A stretch of DNA of 64,000 nt from contig CT868668.1 of the NCBI GenBank assembly GCA_000165425.1, forward strand, positions 62,001 through 126,000, in the 5' to 3' direction. Below, in pieces: positions 1-14,100 of this stretch. A model generated the notes under the pieces. That model did not search any database. It had not been told where the DNA came from and saw only the letters and a program-made list of their open reading frames with translations. The translations under genes and the position numbers were made by a program. The DNA is from Paramecium tetraurelia (taxonomy: Eukaryota). The stretch's first letter is position 1; each line of letters opens with the position of its first letter.

Positions 1-329
1 TTGATCTTTTGAAATTCTCAAGATTGATTGTTGCTTTGCTGAAATTATACCAATTCTTTTCACAGTATTTGGTTATTCGTACTATCGTAACCTTAAGCTT
101 AAATAGATTGAATACAATAATTTCCAATTCTCGTAAAAATTATGCCATGCCTCACCTACAACACTACCTAGTAATCCTGATATTGCTTCCTCTAGTGTAA
201 TTCCATCTCCATGAACTAATTTATATCAACTATCCTTTACTTTTCGGGAGCAGCTGTCCATACACCAGCATTATAACAATCAAAATACAAGGAATGTCTT
301 CTTCTGATGTCGTCCAACTCAAAAAACAT
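1..329 (-). CDS. Hypothetical protein, 5' part only (runs off the window start)
   Basis: ATG at 329 after an AT-rich gap gives MFFELDDIRRRHSLYFDCYNAGVWTAAPE, followed by a 25-nt GT..AG intron candidate (~216-240). A downstream protein-like frame (IHGDGITLEEAISGLLGSVVGEAWHNFYENWKL) joins only if one A of the A4 run at 241-244 is extra. Structure uncertain. Confidence 0.45.
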
Positions 330-390
330 GATAAATTAATTATTGAATTGGATATGTTATATATATTTATATTTTGTGTCGGCCATATTT

Positions 391-799
391 TCAGATGAAC
401 ACCTTCTTGTGCATCGAATGAGCTACTTGGTATTTCTAATAGCAATTATACACTCTATTCCATTCCAATTCCTCTTTGATTCTCCATCCTAACCATGCAA
501 CTATACCTCCAGGAACAGCAGCCCAAAACAGTCTCTATTTAATTGGTAAACCTTTTATTATTGGAAAGAAGAAGAATGAGAATGAATAAACTGCACCTCC
601 AACTTATCCTAATCTCTCAAATCTCGATGCATCTCTAATGCATGCAATATAATTAATACGCCTCTGCATGAAACACTTACTCAGTCAATTTCAAAGGAAC
701 ATGTCTGTCATATTTCAAGAACTGTTTGACTTCCTCCTTCTCTTTTGCTGTAAATGTTTTCTCGAACAGACCAAAATGTTCTGGTTGATCGTAAATCAT
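391..799 (-). CDS. Small two-TM membrane protein (~127 aa), possibly mitochondrial inner membrane
   Basis: Code-6 translation with one 25-nt intron (635-659): MIYDQPEHFGLFEKTF...LGQVGGAVYSFSFFFFPIIKGLPIKQRLFWAAVPGGIVAWLGWRIKEELEWNRVYNCYQKYQVAHSMHKKVFI*. Two hydrophobic segments are visible; the localisation is inference only. Confidence 0.75.
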
Positions 800-1059
800 A
801 ATAATATAATAATTAAAATCTTTCTATATTTATATCAATACATAATTATTCTAAAATTTTAAACATTTCTATGTGCTTTTTATAATAGAAAAAAGATCCA
901 TTATCTCAGACTTTTGAACTCCAATCAATTCTATTTCAGAATACATGGTTATATTAACTCAAATGTACAAAATTATAAAACTAAATATTTTTAATCCATA
1001 AAAATATTCATTAATTCAATATAATAATAAATAAGTACTCTGTTTTAATCATTTTAAAC

Positions 1060-4000
1060 TCAGAATTTATTTTTCCTTAATTAATAAAAAATAATAGCGT
1101 TGGCGACCCATTCAACAGAAGAATATATCAAAAATTCAAATTAATAGCTAAATAATTAATATAAATCATACTTGTTTGTATTGTTTATAATAATTGCAGT
1201 TAAGAGCAAAGTAATTTGTAAAGGGTTTTATAGTGTTATCAGCCGTTTGTAATTCAAAAGTAGAGCAGCATTAATTTCTTCGTTATATTTAAATGAAAAG
1301 TTAAATAAATTTGATTTTGCTAATTTGCTTTTCAGAATACATATTATTCTGAAATCTAAGAATTTAAACAATAAATCATTGAGATAAAAGTAATTTTACT
1401 TTTAAACATTGAGTTTATATTGGACATCTGTTAATAGGGGAACTTCAATCTACGCTTGAAAATGAAAACTTTAAAGCTAGCTAAACAAAAGCAAAATTAG
1501 GGTAAATGATAAAAATACATATTATTCTTCAATTGTAAAAAATACTAATGAGAATATTCTAAATATCGGAATCGAAAACCCCAAGATGATAGATGAGGTC
1601 AAAAACATCTAAAAATTTTTATTTGCTAATTTATAAAGTATTAGTGTGCAAAAACATCCTGCCTCTAAGTAATTAAGTATGCCCAAATAATATTTATTTC
1701 TGATATTTTTATTTACTAGTTTATTCTTAGAATCATTAACTGAATCATTCTAAGAGGTAGAGTTTTATGAACTATTATTATTTTAATTAGGAGATGTTGT
1801 ATTTGTATTATTTGTTATTATTATGTCTTTTTTAATACACAAATTGCTCTATAAAAAATAGCCATCTTAGCATTACAAACATTATGAAAGGTTATTTGAT
1901 GAGCATGTTTAACAATAGTTTGTTGTCTCACATTTCTTACAGCTTTCATTAATAATTATGTATCCTTCTGGACAATCATATAAGCACTTCCCAGATATTC
2001 TTAAATACCCTTATTAACACTATTAACAATACTCAGAATAACAAACTATGCAGTTTTCAAATTAACATTTAAAATAATTTGATTTAATAAAACTTTGTTA
2101 AACCAATTGATTGTTTTCATTGTATTGAGATAGAGTGTAATAATATATGGAACTTATTGTATTAGGGTTAACGATAGATTGTATCATTAAACTTATATTT
2201 TAGTTTTTCTAAATTTAGAATTAGAAATTCATTTTTATTTAGTTTTAATTTTAAAGGCATTAAACATTTTCAACACACTGCATTGAATTTATATTAAAAT
2301 CTGGATCAAAATCTAAAATAATTGTATCGTTTTTATTAAAATTAATGTTCGATATAAATTGCAAGGTGTAAGCAGAATGAATTCCAATAGAATCATTTAA
2401 AGGACTTATTCTAAAATCTTTAAACTAATTAATCTAAGTATTTAATGAAGACGAATCTTCAAAGATTAAATATCCCAGCTAATCCTTAACTTAAATTATT
2501 GTTTCAGTTAATTATGTTTATTAAACTGAATTTTAATCCTACAGAATTTCAATTGAATCAATTTAATTAATGTCGTACAAGTTTGTTAGAGTAATTTTTG
2601 ATTTACTGATTTAGCAATCGTGATACTAACAGATGCAATTTTCACAATTGAAATTTGAAGGAAGGGAAATTATAATTGAGTCTGTATCTTTGAGAGGGAT
2701 TTTGAATTGCATATATATTTTGAATGAATTTTATTTTGTATGTTTAATTACTTCGACAAAATAGTAAGATAGTTGATTAGGCTTTGATATACTTAGGTTT
2801 GGAGCATAAGGTAGAACATCAATTATAAATATTTGGTGAAAGGTTTTGATGCTTATGTTATTGATTGGGTTAAGAGATCGATTAGAGATGAAATTGTTGA
2901 TTTTAATATTGATTGAAGATTTTGGTATCAGCATGGTAGAAGTCTATATTTTAATTGAATTTTCTTAAAGCGAGCAGAAAGCTTATTATTGATTAATTTC
3001 ACATTTTATTTCATTATTGTCACTTAAAAGGTTATCAAAAAAGTAATTATTAAAATCAAAATAAAAGTAAATTAAATCATTTTCCAATAATCCAGTTTAA
3101 GTTTTAAAACTTATATTTATAGAGTTTTATTTTTGATTTGTTAATTCTTCAGATTATGCCATAGATTATAATTCCAAATAACCATGCTATAGATTTATAT
3201 ACAATTTTTCATCATTCAAGACCTATGGGAAATTATCAAACATTATAGTAAAGGTATAACTTTCATTTTCCATATCTATATAAGATGGATTGTAAATTCC
3301 ATTAAGACAGAAGTAGACTTCTTTATCAAATTAAGTATTTGTGAAAATATTTTTTATTCTAACTTTTTAACCATCTCTTTCTAATTGTGCAATAGAATTA
3401 ATATTTTGCGAATCTTTAATACTCAATACAGAATCAAAGGATATTTTAGAAAAGAACTAAATCTCTACATATGAATTTGCATAAAAATTCTTTTGAAATT
3501 CTATTGTGTAACAATATTGTGTTTATTCTATTAGGTTTTTATTATAATTTTCCATTTTAAAGGATTTGAAGGATAATGGTCTTAATAAAATATTTTAGGG
3601 TATTGATTAAGCAATTCCATAATTTTACCATATCAACTTAACTTTTAAGCCACTATATAATTTTTAAATAAGAGGATTCTGAATTTGCACAGACAAACTT
3701 ATTATTGATTACTTTCCTTCAGTCTTAACGAAATTGGATAATGTTATAGTTTAATCTATGAAATTTGAGATAAAATTGGAATTCATATTATCACTTAATG
3801 TAACAATTGGCTAATCAATTAAGAAATCAACTGGAAAAGTAATAATCATGATTGAATCAAAATATAAAAAATCTTAATATTTTACTTAGAGCTAGAGTTA
3901 GTTTTAAGAATTAATGTGATTATCACTTTACATTTGAATTACAAAGATATCCTAATTAATTGCATTAATTTGATAGTTTAATATAGAACTCTCAAGTAGG

Positions 4001-4814
4001 TAATATTTCGATGTTATAAATCTTTGTAACTCAAATTAAATATTTGTAATCTCTTTTACATTTTATGAGTTTATAAAGCCTTGAACTATTATGGTTAATA
4101 GGGATTAAGAACTGATTTTGGTTATTTTAAGTTAATTCTAAAGGAAATAGCACATAATCGAATCATCAACAATTCCATCATACTCAACTCTACAATCAGG
4201 TGTTTAATAGGAAAAGTAGCCTTGGTTTGGAACAGTTGCATATTCATCTCGGAAAGGAAAAGTAAAAATAATTTAATCTTCTAAATCTAATTAGAATATT
4301 GGTTAGTAAGTGATTTTTAAATTGCATAATCTACTTGTAATTTAAGAATCAGTAATCAAATTTAAATCTAATTTATGTATGAGATACTACTTGTATTTGA
4401 ATATTAATTATAAGGAACTAATTATGTATAAGCCTGCTATTTGGTAGTGCTCTCAAAGAATGCCTTTACAAGAATATTAGCTTTCAAATGAAGAGTCTTT
4501 ATAGGTCCGATTTCAACCTCCATTTTGTTTGGGCAAGAGTTATATTAATATGAATACATTCCAGGAAAAATAACATTTGTTTAAAGTCCCTAGTAGCCCT
4601 ATATGAAGTTTAATAAAAATCCATCCCCTTATTCAATAGGAAAATCCTCATCTTGCTCAAGTAAATTTATGCTCATGAAACAGAACCCTGTAATGGGCAT
4701 GTTTTCAATTAAAATATAGTATTGCTCCAAATCATTTCCTAAGCTTCTTAATTGGAAGGTCATTTACGAGAAAGCAATTGACAACCATAAACTTAAAGCT
4801 AATATTTTATTCAT
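1060..4814 (-). CDS. Large cell-surface membrane protein (~1240 aa): signal peptide, long ectodomain, Cys-rich furin/EGF-like repeats, multi-pass C-terminus
   Basis: Starts MNKILALSLWLSIAFSQ (signal-peptide-like) and has one 23-nt intron near 4368-4390. CxxC-rich segment at ~1850-2110 (CPEGYIIINESCKKCETTNYCQTCSSNNLSQCLQCQDGYFLQSNLC), then an N/S-rich linker and several hydrophobic segments before TGA at 1060-1062. Confidence 0.75.
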
Positions 4815-5127
4815 TTGTTAAAATAAATATGAAAGCCAAATTGAGACCTTTGAATTGCTAAAATGTTGTCAAATTTTGACAAATTTCACTCTAAATTATT
4901 TTATATTATAGTACTAATATAGAATTTAAAATTATTAAATAGTTGAATAGAAATCTACCACCCTAATTAAACTAAGTTTCATGAGAATATAAGAATTACC
5001 TAAACAACAATCACTAAATAAGCAAATATATAAGATGGTTTTGGATTTTTATATTACTTACTAAATATATCTAAATGCATTCCTCATTAAATATGATAAA
5101 ATTTGAACTTTATTATAAATTATATTA

Positions 5128-8100
5128 TCAATCATTTAGTTGGGTTGTGAATGCCGCTCCATTTAGAATCCAATAATCAGGATTCTTCTTGGTAGGGCAC
5201 TCGATAGCTCTTATGAAATTAGTTGAATGTCCTGTTGTTGATAATACTCCTGCTCGAAGACCTTAAAGTTTAATATGAAAAATTACTTGTTTTATAAAGA
5301 GGCATTGAATATTCATTTGGATTAGGTTTGTAGTCTTAAGTTGGTATGAAATGTATTATAGGAGCCTAGAATATAGTTTAGCCTGGTAATTGATCTTCAA
5401 GTATTCCTTTGTTCATATCAAATCTACAACCCTCGACGTATAAACCATAAATGTAGGCTCCATTTTCAGGTGTTGATGTAATCTAAATAGATTAAATTAA
5501 TACCATTTCACTATCTACATAATTAAAGAATTTGAAACTGAATCCAAGAACATCAATAGCAATTTAATTCTTTCTTGCAAATGTCTAGAGAACTGAAGTT
5601 AGGAAACCTTATGGGAAAAAGAATGCCGAGATCCAATAGCCCTTTGGATAGCCAAATTCTAAGTTAAACCAATCTCTGAAGAAATTGACTCTTTTTATCA
5701 TATCGTCATAGAATGAGGCTAAAGGCTTTAAAGAAGGATAAGCTTTGTTAGCCCAAATTTAAGGGACTTAATTATTGAGCAAGGAGCTGTACATTTTATC
5801 AAGTTCAGCTGACATTACAACTTCTCCTTTGATAGCTGCTTATAAATTTTTGATCGAATTTCCAATTACTGATAATAATTTATTAAATCTTTGAACTTCT
5901 TAATTCAAGCAGACTTTGAGAGAATCAATTTCCGATGAATTGCTTTATGGAGCATTTTATTTTTTCTTTTTTTCCTATTCCTTAATTTAAAATGGAAGTT
6001 TCTAGGCGAGAATGTCACAAAGTTCCAACACATTTTCATCTGGAGTTTTTGCCTTTTGATCTGAGTCACTGGTTTGAGCACTCTCTCTTGGTTAAATACT
6101 TAAGATTGTAGATAAGGCCATTTTAGATTCAGTTAATTTAAAAGTAATGTTTGCATTTTCATTCATTCCAAAAACTTCAGGTTTTTCAAAATCTGGGAAT
6201 TTATTTATTAAATTTCTATATCCATCAATATTCATTTCGCCAGGTTATTTATAAATGCCTGAATCTGAAAATGAGTATCCATCATTTAATGCATCTTCAC
6301 TAAAATTAATAAAATATTATATTACTTAATAAATTTGGTTAAAATTGTAAGTAAACATCTTCTATCCCAATCATCCGTGACTCTTCCACCATATGTGATT
6401 TCTCCTATCACATATACTATGGCATCCCAAGGTATATCCTAAGGTAAATCAAGAAAATTTCTAAGTAGCGTGTAGGATGTTTCAAGATCAGAATCATTAA
6501 ATCTAATTTAAGATAAAATTTTACTCATATCTAATGTTCCAACCCAAAGGTCCGAATTTACGACGTTCTTATACGACAGCATGGAAAAATGCAAGAGAAT
6601 AGAGTAATTTTTTCCATGGCTCCTTTTTTTCGCAATTTTCAACTTATTCTGAAGATAAATCAGTATAACTCTTAAACATATTGGATTTCAATCCATTTAG
6701 GAGGTTCAGTAGTTAATTTAATACTATTCTAAAGAACACTTACAGGGAAGTAATCACATGGCATACTTGTTAACATTAATCTGAATCCAGTGTTAAACGA
6801 TGATTATAATTCTGGATCCTCAAACCATTCTAATCTTTTCTCAAGAGTTGGCATGAATGATTTACCAAGATGGCAATTTTATAGAATTACCCAATCACCA
6901 CTCTTGACTCCACTTTCAATTGCCTTTTCAGCAATAATTCCTTATCCTTAACCAAGTGATATTATTCTAAGTTTTTCAGATGATATCTTCTTTTGATTTG
7001 CTAATCTCATTAAACTAGACAATGGATCTGCACCTTAACTCAAAATAAATATAAATGGAGTTTTATGATCAGTATCATTAAAGATGTCTTCAATCGATGC
7101 CTGATTATTCGAAGTATATTTCTTTCCTAAAATTGCATCCACATAATATGTCATCGCATACAAAGATTCTTCTTCTCTTAACACTTTCACTATCATTAAT
7201 TTTTGGAAAGGAGTCAATTATTCACTTAATAAACTCCAAGGATTTTCCGACTGTATTAATTGTTCAGTCTCTTTAAAATTAGTTAATGTCTAGTTGTAAA
7301 TTTGTATGAAATTTTAATGAACTGTTGTTAATTAATACAATTCATTCCAGATTTTAGGACTTAATTTAACAGTATTTGGCATAGCTGGTGGTTAAACTGA
7401 TAAACTTGCTCCTCTTACAAAAAGATTCCATTCTCCAAAACTGATTTATTTTGCATTCAATTGAATTTTAACAGTCATTAGGAATGAAAAGATTCTTTTA
7501 TGTTAATTAAATAGACCTCTACAAACATTTGAGTAAATTGTTTCAGTTATACCATCTATTAATGTATTAATTCGTATTTTTATATCATCATTCTTCTCTG
7601 AATTTCTAATCACATTCTAATATAGTCTCTTGAAGTAATTCAATGAAAACTAATACATAGGATCCACCAAAGTGAAATCTGCAATGACAAAATAAAGCAA
7701 ACTACCTCTAGTAGCAACTGGTAAATATTGTTATCTGGCTGCTTCGATTTCAGCTGATTTCTATTCTTGAGTTACTAAACTCTCTTTAACTTAGATAGCA
7801 TCCTATTTTGAGATCTTTAAGTTTTCAATTAAATCAACATTATCCAAAATCATTCCTTTAGAATTTGCTAATAAATTTAAAATCTTCTCTTCATTCTTTC
7901 TTAAGTTCATGTTACCAGTAGATATTCTCTTAATTAAGTCTTTCTTCTCTTCTTCCATCTCTGGTTTTTCAATCTATACAACATCTCCAAGTAATTATTC
8001 TTCCAAACCTTACTCTGTGACAGTAAAATTAATGACTGTTACTCTAATAAATATCTCTGGTAAAAATTAAGGATTTGCTAATTTTGTACTAAAGAATAAT

Positions 8101-11100
8101 TTGAAATTTGGATCAAATTCAACTTCTCTATCCCCTATCTTTATCATTTTTCTTCTATTTATTACATTAAATTATTTCAACAATAATGGTTCTAAAAAGG
8201 TAATCCAATTATTCCAAACATCTTCTAAGAGCAGAGGAATTCCTGTTTATACTGCCATTTCTATATGTTTAATAAGTCCCTCTTATGTAATCTTTAAGAC
8301 TTTCAAATTATGATCCCTATAACTATTTTTGATCCAAGTATTTGCTTAGAGTTGTGGATCAATAAACATAGGATAAGATCTACTATATTTTTGAATAATG
8401 CCGTTTGACTTAGAAACTGTATCATTGGGCAATCCATTTGCTGCCCATTATTAAATTTCAAGAGCATCTCCTAGGACTGATTCAAAATTGTATTTCTCAC
8501 TCAAGGGAATAGTTAACTCTGTAGCCTTTTCCATCCAATTTTGAATTAATTGATTTCTAAAGGTTCCAGTAAAGGGTCCCATGTAAGCTACTGTTGAGCC
8601 TCCCAAAAATACATTACCCAAGAGTAATTATATTTCCTCAGCAAGACTTTCAACTTTAATTTTCCATCTTTCTTATTCATCTGCCAAACCAACTGTAAGT
8701 TCTTCAGCTCTAATCAATCTTTACTCTGTAGTTTAAATATCCTAATCAAGACGATCTTTTTCTTATTTATTTTAATTGAATTGTATTTCTAATTCAGTAA
8801 CCTTTCTAACCACTTAAGCCAGTTCAGATTGCTTCTACAATAATACTTTATTGGCTTTGTCTAATTATTAATTCATGGCTTCGACTTGACTCTTCTTTTT
8901 CTCAACATCATTATTAACATCAGTAAACTCACTCACAGCCCTAACCCACTCACAAATAGACTTTGCAGCCACACTCACTTTTTAAACTAAATTTGGAATA
9001 AATTCTGGATTACTAGCTATTTTGGCTTTGATCTTATTTTAAGTTGTTTGCTTGATTTTACCTACGTCCAGCCCTTTCATTTTTGATAAGAAATTAGGAT
9101 CAGCCAGTAATTTTTTGATTGAATCCCAATCCAATTTTTCTTCAAATAAAATAGAAACACATTCTAAAGTAAAACGTACAATTGGTTACGGGTTATTATT
9201 ACTTTTGATTTCAGAAATGTCATTTCTATTAAGAGTATTAAGAGCTTCTGTGGCAGCATTCAGAGTCGGAATAGCTTCATTCAGTATTTTATCAGCTTCA
9301 GCTTTAGTTTCCTTAATTCGAGATGCTTATTCATTAACTTATCTTTCCTCTTCTGAGACCAACTATTTAACTCTATTTGCCTCAGTAGAATCAATTTATA
9401 ACTTTTAGAGTAGCTATTCTTAATCTATAGTTTTTTATTTTAAAATTGGTTGCATTTCAGTTAATTTGACCTTTAAGTCACTAATGATACTGTTTGCTTC
9501 ATGTAGTTTGTGTAATCCCGAAGATAATTTCATCTTGTTTGATTATAACTCTTCTTTTTTCATCATCAATAATGCCTTATAAGATTCTATTAGATCAAGA
9601 TAGGATTTGGGTGTAACATACACATTTCTTTTGAGAGCAGCCATAAAATTCATCGCATTTACGTTCAACACTCTAGTGAACATGAACACACATTTGATAA
9701 AGATTTTATCTCATATCTTTTGTTAGACCATCAAATTCTAAAGACTCCAAAAACATTTCAGCTACACTCATCAATGCCTCTTATGGCCATTTGTGTAGCC
9801 ACTCTATTGTACAGCAATTAACTAAACTTGGGAACATTCTCAATCTAACTCTTAATTATCCTCCTATTGGTGATAATCCTAAAACTACATGTAGATTAGA
9901 TCTAATCTTTTAAACAAAGTATGGGTATATATCATTAATTTTTAATTCTCTTGCTTCTGCTTATAATCCTTGATTAATAATCTCCAAATCATCTTTTGTC
10001 AACATATTAGGTACTTCACCTGAGTTAAGTAGATTGTTAACATCTTCTAGAAAACCTTCTTGTAATATTTAAGTATCTGAAAATGAGAATGCTACTAATC
10101 TATTTTCAATTCCTACTGCACACATCATTCTAAATAAATCCTCTTTAAATTCTTTCTTACCATAATTTTTCTTACTCTCAATAGTATCTATTTTGCATCC
10201 AGCCAATACAGCTCCCAATTGTGTCAATGATTTCTTACCAGAACCTCCAACTCCAACCAACATATAATGTCCTCTTTGTTATCTTAAGACTCTGCTGATT
10301 CTAGTCAAATGTTCAATAGCATCTTTGAACAACACTAAATTCATCTTTGTATATTCCATCATGTATTCATTAATAACTTTTATAAGTTGGTTGTAATCCC
10401 TCACTTCCTCATATATACGATCAGATAATTCAGCTCTTTTCTAAAAATCTGCAAAAATGAGAGGTGGTTATGAATCAAACAATTCATTGACTTTATATTC
10501 AATCTTAAAGAACAAGAATATATTTTTAACTAAGTTCTCTTTAAACCAATCCTAATCTTACGAATTGATTAATCTATCCATCAAAACTCGACATGTCTCA
10601 TGAGCCCACAACCTAACCATTTATTCAGATTTCTAATAAATCATAGGTTTAGCTTGTAAAATGCCTTAGAAAATCTTACTAACATCTCTGAGATTGAAGA
10701 CATAATGAGATTTCTCTGGAGTAGGCAATAAGGCTTTTTAGATTTCAGAGTACATTTGAAGAGTTGCATTAACTATAGAATAGTTTTCACTAAGATCCAC
10801 AATTTCGCTCTTGAAATGATTATTTTTTAAGAAAGCCTTCAAAATAGTACTAAAAATCCAAGATAATGTTTCATCACTGGAATTAGGAACACTTAACAAA
10901 GCAAAATGACGAGTAAATCTAACTGTTATAGGAGACCTTCCTCCACCTGGGGGACCACAAGCGCATATTAGAATTGTATTATCCACATCCTTCCAATTAA
11001 AGCTTTTTCTATCATAAACACCTCGATAATCAATAAATTATCTTAATAATTCAATAGGTGGTTATGCACCATATTATTCTAAGGATGGCATGTTAACATC

Positions 11101-14100
11101 ATCTACAAAGACTACAAACTTCTTTCCAGGAGGAGGCATCAAAATAGTTCTTCCTTTCTTACGTTGAGTCTATAGTTTTTATTCTAAACTTAATTAGGTT
11201 GTAAAACTGGCTGTTTTAGCTGAGAATGTAATTTACATTAAAGCTATAAGACCATCATCTCTTAATTTTTCAACAGTTGAATTAACCATAATTGTTTTAC
11301 CAGTTCCTGTAACTCCAGTAATAAACATAGGACAATTTGTATTGACTGCTTATTCCAAAAACCATCCATGAGCCACAGTTTCTTTCGTCTAAACAACCAT
11401 GTCAAAATAACTCATTCCTTTTATATATTCGAATTACGGAATGATATCATTCCATTGTGTATAGTTGATATCTACTAATCCATCTGTTTTAGTTATTTTA
11501 ACTAAGCAAGCAAACAGAGATCCTCTAGGCAGAACTTCAACTGGAAAAGTGTCAGCTACAATTCTCTCAAATTTTGGATAATCATCTGAAATAAGAGTTG
11601 CACCCACAGCCCAAGCAAATACCCAAACATAAATTTTTTTCAATGTGTTTTTTTGATATTTCATCTCTTAAATTGCAATTAAATTATTAATTATAGTATT
11701 AGATAACCATCCTCAATATTTTAATCAATCCAACAGCCATTTAAGTTTCTTGTACTGGTATTAATTACTTGCATGTTTTAGTAATTTAATTGATTGATTT
11801 ATTGAATGACACTTTTATTTAAATCAACAAATGATCTATAATGTCTCTACTCAAAATGTCAAGAAGAGTCATTGCTTCTGTGATTACTATAGGTTCATAA
11901 CCTAATACTTTATCATCTAAATAGACCATTCCACATCTACTAACTGTTGCAGGTGATGCCACTGCCAAATCTAAAACTTCAAAGATCATTCTCATTTAAG
12001 TCTTCAATTTAATACGCTCACCATTGCTTAAACATAGAGTCATTGAATCATCCAACACTGTGTTCATATTTTCAATCCACAAGGCATCCACTGGCCCATC
12101 AAATACAACCCATTTCTTTTCCAATGTTTCTGATGATGCATATCCTCTCATTATATTAGATGCCAAACCATCAGTCCATTATTAAGTCATCATATCAAAT
12201 TAACCATATAATTCCTCCATTGATATGGCTTTTGGATTCAATATCTAATGTTCAACATTCTAGTATATTGCATGATTCTTTATTCCTTTCTAAGAATATT
12301 ACTCAAATAGCTTAATATAAGATTCTCTAAGTACATTTTATACTTAAGATTTGCCACCCATTGTGACTCCTACCAACATTACTCCAAATCTTACTTTCAA
12401 TGTTTCATGAAATTAAATTATCTTTTCAATGAAAGTGTCTTATTCTTATAATTTATTAAGTTCTATAACATTCTTTATTGCAGTTTCTAATTCTTTGTTC
12501 TGTACTGTAGGGATTTACATACCTGGAAATAGATCACTCACTATAGCATTAAACAAAGGTATATCATGAGATAAGAATTTTGGCAAATTACTTTCCCTCA
12601 TAGCTCTAATCAATACGATGTCTTCGTTGATGTTTGGTTCTGCTCTTTTTAATGATCCTGCCATGACTAAAACAGATTTGACTGCTCTCATACCAAAATC
12701 ATAGTGATCTTATTAACTCAACTGCTCTGAACTTAATTGATACAATTTAACCATCTTTCTTGATAAATCTTTGGCATTTGAAAATCCTTCAGCGAATAAC
12801 ATAATTTCAGCAATCAATCTATAATCTGGAACCATCATAGCTACTGGTCTAAAAAGCACTTTCAGATTATCAGGCAATTCTGTTCTGCCAGCATAACCAG
12901 GATTCATTGTAATAAATATTCCCAAATCAGGATTCAATTGTACATTTTTACCAAAGAAATAGAAATTCATTTTATATTCTAATAGTGCTTCTCTTATAGT
13001 TTAAACTTATTGTGCTATGACTGATAACACTTCAATATAGATTCTATTAAACTCATCTAAACAAACCCAGGCTCCACAATATGCCAATCCTGCAAATAAC
13101 TTTTCCATCATTTTAGCAGTAATTTGATCAGAACAATTAAATACTATACAATATCTTCCCAAAGCTTTGGCTAAATCTTTGCATGATTCAGTTTTTCCAG
13201 TACCAGCTGGCCCTTATGGTGCTGCTCCCAATTTGATTCCCAAAGCTCCTGTAACTAGTCATCCAACATCTATCAGTTAATGGAGTAATAACTAATCTTG
13301 TGGTTGATCCCAAAAACTCATAACCATACATCAATTTAGCATTCACTTATTTAGCATGCACACTTTCCTCATCATGATAAAATCTCAATTATTATTACCA
13401 TTTGAAATCCATGATACCTTCCACAGATTCATTTCTCATGTTATCCACAATATCTCTGAAGTGGACATCCTAAGTGACCAAAGCCACAAGAGTTCTTCTT
13501 TATAATTCAGTAAGATTTCCTCTGATTAACAATGTCAATTCATCAAGCATTGCTACATTAGCATCATACCAATCATCCAAATCTCCTTCAGCATCTGCTT
13601 ATAAATAATTCTCTTCTGTTATTTTAGTCCAAAATATAGAATCAATAGTAATAATGATTTAAAGTGGAAATTCAAATACCCAATCCTTTCTCTGTGTATC
13701 CTCTAATTAATATTTAATTAAAGACTATCTCATGACACCACTAAGAGAAGATTTCATTTTATCTTCCAAAGCTTTTAACCAATCTTCCACTTCCCCTCTT
13801 GCTGAATATCCTTTGAGTACTGCAATTTCACCTTCAGCAGATATCATTCCAATAGCATTTTCTTAGGAATCGAATTGAATTTTGACTAAATTTTCAAAAC
13901 ACTTTCTTAAATATGGTTAGATGGCCTAGATATTTTTTGCATTTGACAATATTTCTAAAAGTTCATCATTTGATAAAAAGTAAAATCTCTAAAACACATC
14001 TCTTTTCTTCTCTAAGAATTCATCCAAAGCCTTTTAGATAAGATCAAAATTATTATTATTTTATCTCAGTTGATTAAAATATAATCTATTTTAATAATCA

